In this document: positions 1 through 6,602 of the stretch, piece by piece
How positions within the stretch are numbered: the stretch's first letter is position 1
How the letters are laid out: each line of letters starts with the position of its first letter
Virus record (IMG/VR): IMGVR_UViG_3300045988_092438
Reading direction: 5' to 3' (one strand)
DNA: 64,000 bases
From: a virus
Program-made: the position numbers and the translations under genes
The notes under the pieces: model-generated
The model's input: only the letters and a program-made list of their open reading frames with translations
What the model was told of the DNA's origin: nothing
Databases searched by the model: none

Positions 1-132
1 ATACTCTGGAAAATATCTGCCATAGAATGATTTACTGTATGGTCTAATCACAACATTAAATTCTTCCACTGGCAGTCTCAGCTTTTGCAGGTCAGAGACT
101 AACCTGTGCTGTAACTCTTCCTCACTAAGCAT
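1..132 (-). CDS. hypothetical protein, N-terminal part only (gene runs off left edge)
   Basis: ATG at 132-130 lies 9 nt after GGAGG (rc of 142-146). The frame is open to nt 1 (MLSEEELQHRLVSDLQKLRLPVEEF...). Too short in-window to appear in the track. Confidence 0.45.
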   Translation of the reverse strand, partial: MLSEEELQHRLVSDLQKLRLPVEEFNVVIRPYSKSFYGRYFPEY

Positions 133-193
133 ATTAAACAACCTCCTAACTCTGTAAGAAAGAGTATAACACAGGTTACTCTCACTGTCCACT

Positions 194-1261
194 TTATGCA
201 ACTAACAACATTCCTCCGGCAATTCTCTCAAGCTCAATTCTTCTCTCAAGAGTGAAGTCCTGTGCAACTTGAGTAATAGAATTGATAAGACCCCATCTGT
301 TTCTGTTGTAAGTACCATCCTGCATAAGCTGAATAACTTTACCAGTACTTTCATCAGACATATTTGTGGAGTTCTTAATACTCTCAATAAGCTCCTTTAA
401 GGAATCTTCATCTTTAAAAGCGTCCTCAAGTGAAACTGTGGCTGTGTTCTTAATACTTTCTACCACCTTTGCAACAATAGGCTCTACTAAATCAAGAGCT
501 TCCTGCAAATTACTCTGGAACGCTTCTGTTGTGATACCTCTGTGTACTTGGTGGAATAACACACCGAATTTCTTCGGCACAATCAAACCATTGGTACACA
601 CTTTCTTCCAGATAAAGAAGTTCACTGTCAAGTTACTTCTACCAACATCACTTGAGTCAATGGAAAAGCCCGGATAAAGGTCTTCGTTATCAATAGGAAG
701 TCTTGTAGGTGACACCATTCTCATGTGCAATCTCTCTTCATTTAAGAAGAAACCTTTAATATTGTAGTCATCTACAGGGAAAGAGTCCTGCATACTCTGT
801 AAAATGGTAGGTGTATCGCACACTGAATATCTTGGTGTTAAAACACCTCTAATCTTTCCATTGTACTCACGGATAAACAGGTCTTTGTTAAAATCACTCA
901 GCCATGAGTTCATGTTATCTTGTGCAAGTTCAATTCTGCCAGAACTGATACACTTCTTCATATACTCATGTGGAACACCCACTTTGTTACACAACTGACC
1001 CATAGCGTGTCTGGAAATGCTAGGTCTTCTCACTTCACCACTTTCAGTAGTGTATGTGATACCTGCAAGGTCATTTAATCTCAGTCTTTCATCAGTGACA
1101 TTCCTCACTGTAAAATCTTCACATAAACTCTGAATGTTATGTGATTTATCCAGTATCATTTTAAATGATACTTTACCCATATCAAGTAACTCTCTTGTGT
1201 CTTCTGTTGGAGTAACAACCTGTGGTGTAATAATCTCCGTTGGTCTTTTCATCAGCTTCAT
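194..1261 (-). CDS. DUF932-like phage/plasmid protein (family call by eye)
   Basis: The track ORF starts at GTG 1294. ATG at 1261 follows AGGAGA (MKLMKRPTEI...). Long uninterrupted ORF. Confidence 0.5.
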   Translation of the reverse strand: MKLMKRPTEIITPQVVTPTEDTRELLDMGKVSFKMILDKSHNIQSLCEDFTVRNVTDERLRLNDLAGITYTTESGEVRRPSISRHAMGQLCNKVGVPHEYMKKCISSGRIELAQDNMNSWLSDFNKDLFIREYNGKIRGVLTPRYSVCDTPTILQSMQDSFPVDDYNIKGFFLNEERLHMRMVSPTRLPIDNEDLYPGFSIDSSDVGRSNLTVNFFIWKKVCTNGLIVPKKFGVLFHQVHRGITTEAFQSNLQEALDLVEPIVAKVVESIKNTATVSLEDAFKDEDSLKELIESIKNSTNMSDESTGKVIQLMQDGTYNRNRWGLINSITQVAQDFTLERRIELERIAGGMLLVA

Positions 1262-1367
1262 GTTATATCTCCTTTCTATAACTGCTTCATTCACTCAGCT
1301 TGTACACTCATTATAGAATAAAAAGAAAAAGAGGTCAAAACACCACTGTGTCTCAACCTCTTCACTA

Positions 1368-1910
1368 TTATACATCTTCTTCTAATAATACCCTCTTAAA
1401 GAGCTTCATTACTTTACCCGGCATTGCATGAGTTCTCACATACTTCTTTGCTTCTTCCGGTTCATCAAATGGCACCCAGTTAGAAAGATAGTTACCAAGT
1501 GCTTCATTATAACGTGGAACACCACATACATAATCTCTCATAAAGACTTTACTCTCAGCACCTTCTAAGTCAAGGTCTCTAATAGGACTGTCCTTTCTCT
1601 GTCTCAATTCATTCATAAGCTGTTCCGTAGAAATACTGGACACTTGGAAATTGATACTCTCAACTCTCTCAAATCTATGTGTCTGACCTGTCTGGTTATC
1701 CCATCTTTCAGAAATAGTACCTTTATCAGTCTCAATACTGTTCCACTCTTCTACAGGTCTCACAAATACTCCGTATTCTGGGTGACACACATTAAAGTAG
1801 TAGCATACCCAAATGTCTCTCACTGCGTCTTTTGCGATATTCTGTACAAAATAGTACTCACCTTTAAAGTGTCTGTACAACCCCTGCTTTACTGTAATAG
1901 ATTCATTCAT
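1368..1910 (-). CDS. DUF1653-like domain protein
   Basis: GLYRHFKGEYYFV..W motif at the N-terminus. GGAGG RBS before the ATG. Confidence 0.5.
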   Translation of the reverse strand: MNESITVKQGLYRHFKGEYYFVQNIAKDAVRDIWVCYYFNVCHPEYGVFVRPVEEWNSIETDKGTISERWDNQTGQTHRFERVESINFQVSSISTEQLMNELRQRKDSPIRDLDLEGAESKVFMRDYVCGVPRYNEALGNYLSNWVPFDEPEEAKKYVRTHAMPGKVMKLFKRVLLEEDV

Positions 1911-2564
1911 TTAGTAGTCCTCCTTACTTTCATAAGCAAATACAGTTCCATCAACTGTGTCATAAACAGGTAACTTATTCACCCAATTTTCAGTAACACT
2001 ATCACTGTAGAAATAACACACATACTCTGGTAAATCTGTGCCATGTACAATTACCTTATACACATTTGCTAAGGTCTCTGGCTCAACTACTATATCATCC
2101 ATCATTCCATTGTATGCTACTGAAAATTGAGGACACCCATTATTCTTCTCATAGATGACTTCTTCAACACTGCTAGGAAATTTACCACTATGTAGTCTGT
2201 TTAAGATTACTTGACACACATACTGTTGACTCAGTTCATGTCCTTTATAACTACCTGCTTCTGCTTCAACACATTGAGCAATCAAATAAACCTCTGCTTC
2301 TGTAAAATAGTAGTCAGCTATTTCTACTTCCTTCAACTCGTCATTTTCTTTTAACAACTTTCCATAGTCAATCTGTAATTCTTCATAACTCTCTTGCCAT
2401 GAATTGACTATTTTCTCATTATCACTTCTCTGCTTGTCTATTAAAGCTGTCTGCTCGTCATTCACCTCCAACAAGTCCATATAATCATCATTGGTCTTTA
2501 TAAAGAAGACAAGAAATAGCACAAGCAATACAAGGATAATTCCTTGATAAACATGTTCCTTCAC
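1911..2564 (-). CDS. membrane-anchored SleB/CwlJ-type cell wall hydrolase
   Basis: AQCVEAEAG...QVILNRL...FPSSVEEVI motif, N-terminal TM helix and coiled coil. AGGAGG sits 9 nt before GTG at 2564. Confidence 0.65.
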   Translation of the reverse strand: MKEHVYQGIILVLLVLFLVFFIKTNDDYMDLLEVNDEQTALIDKQRSDNEKIVNSWQESYEELQIDYGKLLKENDELKEVEIADYYFTEAEVYLIAQCVEAEAGSYKGHELSQQYVCQVILNRLHSGKFPSSVEEVIYEKNNGCPQFSVAYNGMMDDIVVEPETLANVYKVIVHGTDLPEYVCYFYSDSVTENWVNKLPVYDTVDGTVFAYESKEDY

Positions 2565-2627
2565 TTTTATAAACCTCCTAACTAAAAAAATAGCTTGCAT
2601 GATTTCTCACACAAGCTATTCTATCAT

Positions 2628-4310
2628 TTATTTTCGTGTTGGTAAAGTTTCCACAATAGAGTCAATAACCTTTCTCACATCACTTGCACCTGTACCAATA
2701 GAACTATACACATTGATAACATCAATCACTCTTTCAGAAAAACCAGTGATAAGGTTCTTTCTGTAGTCATCAATATTAGCAATAGCAAAGTTATTACCTA
2801 AAAGGTTATCAATGTAAAGTTTCTTAATGACCTTGTTTTTAAAGAGTTTATTCAACTCAGCGTCAGTATCATAACTTCTACCACCCCAACTATAACCCCT
2901 TCTTAAAACAAAGGTCTTTCCACTTAAACTGTAGCAATCATTATCAGAAAGTACAATCAGATTATCATACTTAGTGTCCTGCTGATTAAGAGTGTAAAGT
3001 GCTACATCAAGAGAAGTTCCACCTCCAACATTATGTCTCTGAATCTCTTTCATAATGTCCATGACTGTAGACTTTCTGGAAATGTTAGTTACCTGTTCAC
3101 ACTTAGTAGCAAATACATACACATCTGCAATACCTTTCTTAAAGCAGATAGCACCTAACATACAAGCTACAATGTCAGCGGTCACATCAGAAGCACCAGA
3201 AACAGGATGTCTCATACTTCCACTTCTATCAATAAGGATAGCACTGTAACCCTCAATGTCCTGTAAGTTATCAATAGACAGGTCAAGTGCTTCTATTAAA
3301 GCGTCCATGACTCTTCTCTTTCCGGCAGAATTACTCAGATTGGAAACTTCCATATATGCACTGTAGAATCTGAATGGTAACAGTCTGGACTTCTCAACCT
3401 CTTTCTTATTGGTGAGTTTAGCCACAATACTATCAACTGCTTCTTTATCACTAAACATACCTGCTCTGTCAAGGGCTACAAGGTTTTTCACAATAGCCAT
3501 TACAGAAGAGGTGTCAATAGACTTCTTAACATCAGCCTTAGTAGACTTGCTGTTGCTGTTCTTAGATTTAGAAAGCTCACTCTGCACCTGCTTCACTTCT
3601 TCACTGCCACCAAACTCTACATTACCCTCGATAATCTGCTTAAAGAAGTCTCTGCTGACTCTGGACTTAGCCGGATTAGGTCTCAACAGCTTTACACAAT
3701 CTGCCATAGACACTTCTCTGTTTTCTCCAAGTGCTTTAGATAACTGATACTCATTAAAGGACTCCAACTTGTGCTGTAAAGCCTTTCTCAACTGCATTGG
3801 AAGTGGCTGATTTCTGTGACTGGATTTATTCTTACCACGACCTTTTGTAGTCACTTCAAAACCAAACACATTCATCTGCATTGCCATAATGTCAGTAATG
3901 TCTTTACCTCTTCTCACAATATAGTCACTGTAAGTCTGTAACTTATTCTTACCAGTCACTTCATCAAGAAAGTCCTCACCCTTAAATCTTGGGTCATTAA
4001 AACAAGCTGTGAGTACTGCCAGAGGGTACTGAATCATATTGTATTCTCTACCAATTCTGGCTACCTTGAGTGCATACTCAACGTCCTCGTCTGGGATTTC
4101 TGCAATCAATCTCTGGATTTCTTTAAAATCACTCTCAGCAGTCTTGCCCTTCTCATAGAAAGTCTTCTCACCAAAGAAGCTACCTAACACTTTACTAAAC
4201 AGTGTTTCAAGAGTGTTCAGCTTATGTACCACACTTCCCTCGTGGTTCACTGTCTTTCTAGTGTCTGGTTTCATGTTTACACTACCACGTTTGTTGTTCA
4301 TTGTTGCCAT
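2628..4310 (-). CDS. rsr: Ro60-related protein (TROVE domain + vWA/MIDAS)
   Basis: Collinear by-eye similarity to Ro60: RLLPFRFYSAY, ILIDRSGSM (MIDAS DxSxS), GGGTS, IVLSDND, ITGFSERVIDVI. GGAGGA RBS before ATG 4310. Confidence 0.8.
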   Translation of the reverse strand: MATMNNKRGSVNMKPDTRKTVNHEGSVVHKLNTLETLFSKVLGSFFGEKTFYEKGKTAESDFKEIQRLIAEIPDEDVEYALKVARIGREYNMIQYPLAVLTACFNDPRFKGEDFLDEVTGKNKLQTYSDYIVRRGKDITDIMAMQMNVFGFEVTTKGRGKNKSSHRNQPLPMQLRKALQHKLESFNEYQLSKALGENREVSMADCVKLLRPNPAKSRVSRDFFKQIIEGNVEFGGSEEVKQVQSELSKSKNSNSKSTKADVKKSIDTSSVMAIVKNLVALDRAGMFSDKEAVDSIVAKLTNKKEVEKSRLLPFRFYSAYMEVSNLSNSAGKRRVMDALIEALDLSIDNLQDIEGYSAILIDRSGSMRHPVSGASDVTADIVACMLGAICFKKGIADVYVFATKCEQVTNISRKSTVMDIMKEIQRHNVGGGTSLDVALYTLNQQDTKYDNLIVLSDNDCYSLSGKTFVLRRGYSWGGRSYDTDAELNKLFKNKVIKKLYIDNLLGNNFAIANIDDYRKNLITGFSERVIDVINVYSSIGTGASDVRKVIDSIVETLPTRK

Positions 4311-4343
4311 AATAAATTCCTCCATTCTTTCATGTGTTTATAT

Positions 4344-4378
4344 AATAAAAGACCTCACAATCGGGGAATTGTGAAGTC
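4344..4378 (-). terminator. rho-independent terminator closing the RNA operon
   Basis: 11-bp stem 4351-4361/4368-4378. Its single non-Watson-Crick pair is G-U only on the minus strand, and TTTTATTATA follows. Confidence 0.7.
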
Positions 4379-4398
4379 CTTTAATCTTAACTCAAAAT

Positions 4399-4545
4399 AG
4401 CAAGAAGAAAACCATTATTGTGTGAAATCTTTGTGCTTCATTAGCAGTGAAGTGCCTTACCATTAGGCTATCTGTCAAATTTTTGGCTGACGGAGTAGGA
4501 GTCGAACCTACAAAATGATGTAAACAATAACTACACAATCCTGCT
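4399..4545 (-). ncRNA. stalk module 1: circularly permuted tRNA-like RNA (anticodon-type loop CUGCUAA, GCU), Y RNA/YrlA-like candidate
   Basis: Minus-sense order: outer helix AGCAGGA, loop TTGTGTA, inner helix GTTATTGT, T-arm GTAGG-TTCGACT-CCTAC. Then acceptor hairpin TCCGTCA-GCCAAAAATT-TGACAGA, D-arm GCCT-AATGGTA-AGGC and hairpin CTTCA-CUGCUAA-TGAAG. It closes with ACAATAAT, loop GGTTTTCT and TCTTGCT. Confidence 0.6.
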
Positions 4546-4564
4546 ACAATTATTTCTTCGTTAA

Positions 4565-4714
4565 AATTAGGAGTAAAGCCATTTAGCTGAATTTCATATA
4601 ATGAAAGTTTTCAAGACTTTTGCGTATTCCAATTTCGCCAAATTGCTTTTACAGAGCAATTATCGGATTTGAACCGATATATTATGATGTAAGCTAAATG
4701 TACACAACCCAATT
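4565..4714 (-). ncRNA. stalk module 2: circularly permuted tRNA-like RNA (anticodon-type loop CUUGAAA, UGA), Y RNA/YrlA-like candidate
   Basis: Outer helix AATTGGG/CCTAATT, inner helix CATTTAGCT/AGCTAAATG (9 bp perfect), third helix TCATA/TATGA. T-arm ATCGG-TTCAAAT-CCGAT. Perfect 7-bp acceptor hairpin AATTGCT-CTGTAAA-AGCAATT. D-arm GCG..CGC. Hairpin AAAGT-CTTGAAA-ACTTT. Confidence 0.65.
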
Positions 4715-4728
4715 ATTATTCTCTCATA

Positions 4729-4854
4729 AAGTGGAGTAAAACGATAAAGTCTGTTTGTTTATCATAATGGGATTTGAACCCATATTCGTTCTGTGTTAGA
4801 AAACTGTCTTAACCATTTGACTATATGATGTAAACTTTATCTGCACAACCACTT
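4729..4854 (-). ncRNA. stalk module 3 (leader-trailer stalk enclosing the tRNA at 4759..4830)
   Basis: Outer helix AAGTGG/CCACTT, inner helix GATAAAGT/ACTTTATC, internal loop TTGTGCA x GTTTTACT. Confidence 0.6.
4759..4830 (-). tRNA. cloverleaf tRNA with anticodon loop CUAACAC (reads AAC, nominally Val); atypical
   Basis: Hand fold: acceptor CATCATA/TATGATA with a C1-A72 mismatch, D-arm GTC..GAC with a GG loop, anticodon stem GTTTT/AGAAC, T-arm ATGGG-TTCAAAT-CCCAT. Confidence 0.55.
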
Positions 4855-4868
4855 AATTTACTTTTCAT

Positions 4869-5002
4869 CAATAAGGAAGAAAAACGTGAAAGACTTCTTT
4901 TTCATATTGTTGGAATTGAACCAACTACACTTATTTCCCAAAAATAATGCTCTACCGATTGAGCTAAACATGATGTAATCTTTCACTACACATTCCTTAT
5001 TG
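4869..5002 (-). ncRNA. stalk module 4 (leader-trailer stalk enclosing tRNA-Pro)
   Basis: Outer helix CAATAAGGAA/TTCCTTATTG (10 bp perfect), inner helix GTGAAAGA/TCTTTCAC, internal loop TGTGTA x GTTTTTC. Confidence 0.65.
4901..4973 (-). tRNA. tRNA-Pro (UGG)
   Basis: Acceptor TCATGTT/AATATGA, D-arm GCTC-AATCGGTA-GAGC, anticodon arm TTATT-TTTGGGA-AATAA, T-arm GTTGG-TTCAATT-CCAAC. Confidence 0.8.
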
Positions 5003-5059
5003 TTTTAACACTGCTTTCAGCGTGTTTACACTATAACACACATTCTGAAAGCTGTCAAA

Positions 5060-5132
5060 CTGCCCTTACTGGATTTGAACCAGTGAAATGCAGGAGTCAA
5101 AGTCCTGTGCCTTACCACTTGGCGAAAGGGCA
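5060..5132 (-). tRNA. tRNA-Gln (UUG)
   Basis: TGCCCTT-TC-GCCAAGTGGTAAGGC-A-CAGGA-CTTTGAC-TCCTG..ACTGG-TTCAAAT-CCAGT-AAGGGCA-G. The U1-A72 pair and D-arm resemble bacterial tRNA-Gln. Confidence 0.8.
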
Positions 5133-5292
5133 TTAAAGCTGACATTTTCTCACGCATTTACCTTCCACCAGTGACACTTCTTAGTCATCACCAATGGTAC
5201 AGTCGAGTGGAGGGGCTGTCAGCTCACCTACTTTGGCTTATCTCTAACACATGAAAGTGAGAGTGTTTCTCCGGCACATTACCTCCGAAGAG

Positions 5293-5365
5293 TCGGAATG
5301 ACACGACTTGAACGTGCGACAAATAGATTAAAAGTCTACTGCTCTACCAACTGAGCTACATTCCG
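5293..5365 (-). tRNA. tRNA-Lys (UUU)
   Basis: CGGAATG-TA-GCTCAGTTGGTAGAGC-A-GTAGA-CTTTTAA-TCTAT-TTGTC-GCACG-TTCAAGT-CGTGT-CATTCCG-A. Confidence 0.85.
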
Positions 5366-5590
5366 TTAAGTCACTGTGGTAGGAGAGTCCGTCTATTATA
5401 CTCTCTGTTCACACTTCATTGGATAGACTAAAGTGATTTCGGCTACTACCTCCTTGTCTGCTACTCATACATATCCGTCTTGTCTATCAAGACCTTTCGC
5501 TTTGGCAATCAACAAGTTTGTGACTATCAGCATTTTTATGTAAGTCCTCCACTCCTGGAATACCTTACTTAGTCGGCTGACAAGACTAAA

Positions 5591-5678
5591 CTGACTCAGA
5601 GGACTCGAACCTGTGCTACGCATATAGCGTACTAAAAGATTAGCAATCTCTCCTCTTCACCAACTTGAGTAACACTCC
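5591..5678 (-). tRNA. class II tRNA-Ser(GCU)-like element whose acceptor strands do not pair (pseudo-tRNA or tRNA-like RNA)
   Basis: D-arm CTC..GAG, anticodon arm AGAGA-TTGCTAA-TCTTT, long variable arm TACGC-TATAT-GCGTA, T-arm ACAGG-TTCGAGT-CCTCT with one C-C mismatch. The 5' strand GGAGTGT cannot pair with the 3' strand GAGTCAG. Confidence 0.4.
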
Positions 5679-5771
5679 ATTACAGACAGTGTGATTTTAA
5701 CACCCCTGCTCACTTATTTACACCAAAGGGCTTTGGCTGTAAACTGTCTGCGTCTCTTGAAGACATTTCAG

Positions 5772-5800
5772 AGTATATCACAGCTTAAAACTGCTGTCAA
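5772..5800 (-). promoter_or_regulatory. sigma70-type promoter for the RNA operon
   Basis: Minus-sense TTGACA (5800-5795), 17 nt, then TATACT (5777-5772) with a TG at the extended -10 position. It lies directly after the stop of the upstream CDS. Confidence 0.65.
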
Positions 5801-6145
5801 CTACTCCAAAAGCTGATTATCGTCTAACACCTGTAAGATACAGTTATTCATCTTTCTCCACACCTTCATGTAAAAGATAGCAACCTTCTCTTCGGTGTCA
5901 TCATCTAAATCAAGTCCGGCTTCATTTGCAAAAGCATGGAACATTTCATGTGCCACTATCTCACAAGTCCTAACATCACGTTCTGTCTCACTACACCCAT
6001 TTTCTTTAGAGTGTAAGCAGTACAGCTCTTTGTCATACATTCGACACTCACCCATGTTACCTTCGGAAAGTCTCTTTAACTCTTTTCTCTTTCCAACTTG
6101 AACATCATAGTCAGTACCTAACACGTTTACAATAGTGTGTTTCAT
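5801..6145 (-). CDS. small putative zinc metallopeptidase (HExxH)
   Basis: HEMFH motif. GGAGG RBS before ATG 6145, with an ATGA overlap onto the upstream stop. Confidence 0.55.
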   Translation of the reverse strand: MKHTIVNVLGTDYDVQVGKRKELKRLSEGNMGECRMYDKELYCLHSKENGCSETERDVRTCEIVAHEMFHAFANEAGLDLDDDTEEKVAIFYMKVWRKMNNCILQVLDDNQLLE

Positions 6146-6357
6146 AACCTCACACCTCCAAGGAACATAAAGTAAAACAATCCTGCAATCATCACTGTCA
6201 ACACAATGAAGAGTGCTAAGTAGAACCATTTCAGCTTGTAATCCACAATCACGTTTGGTAACTGTGATTTCTTACTGTCATTTGCCATCATGTACACTAA
6301 ACAGGCAAACCAACATAACACTAAAAACACTAAAATGGCGGTTAAAATAAATCTCAT
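6142..6357 (-). CDS. small membrane protein (two TM helices)
   Basis: Hydrophobic 71-aa ORF with a GAGGAAG RBS. Confidence 0.55.
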   Translation of the reverse strand: MRFILTAILVFLVLCWFACLVYMMANDSKKSQLPNVIVDYKLKWFYLALFIVLTVMIAGLFYFMFLGGVRL

Positions 6358-6457
6358 GTACCTTCTTCCTCACTTTCTAAATTTCTTGTCTTTTCTTTGA
6401 CTGGCTCTATTATATCATACTCACTAAATCAGTCAAACGTCCTTCTCGGCTCTTCCT

Positions 6458-6539
6458 GCATTACGTCTTTAACAATAAATTATTTAATTATTTATATATT
6501 ATATATTATATTAAAGACTTATTGTTAATGATGTAATGC
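6458..6539. repeat. imperfect 21-nt inverted repeat flanking an extremely AT-rich core
   Basis: gcattacgtctttaacaataa (6458-6478) matches the rc of ttattgttaatgatgtaatgc (6519-6539) at 19/21 positions. The core is attatttaattatttatatattatatattatattaaagac. Confidence 0.7.
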
Positions 6540-6602
6540 CAGTTCCACTCATTCTTCGGACCATTCTTTAACACTGCTATATTCAGTGTTTAACACACAT
6601 TT

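Noticed and set aside
4520-5002. The recurring GGnTTGTGTA-N9-TTACATCAT upstream of four RNA genes, read as a phage-specific promoter.
   Set aside because: The N9 segment and the bases 5' of the motif each have an exact complementary partner downstream of the RNA, and the sequences differ in every copy. They must therefore be transcribed helix strands. A single sigma70-type promoter at 5772-5800 explains transcription.
4399-5680. Suppressor tRNAs or stop-codon recoding.
   Set aside because: None of the anticodon loops reads CUA, UCA or UUA. All large genes are uninterrupted in the standard code.
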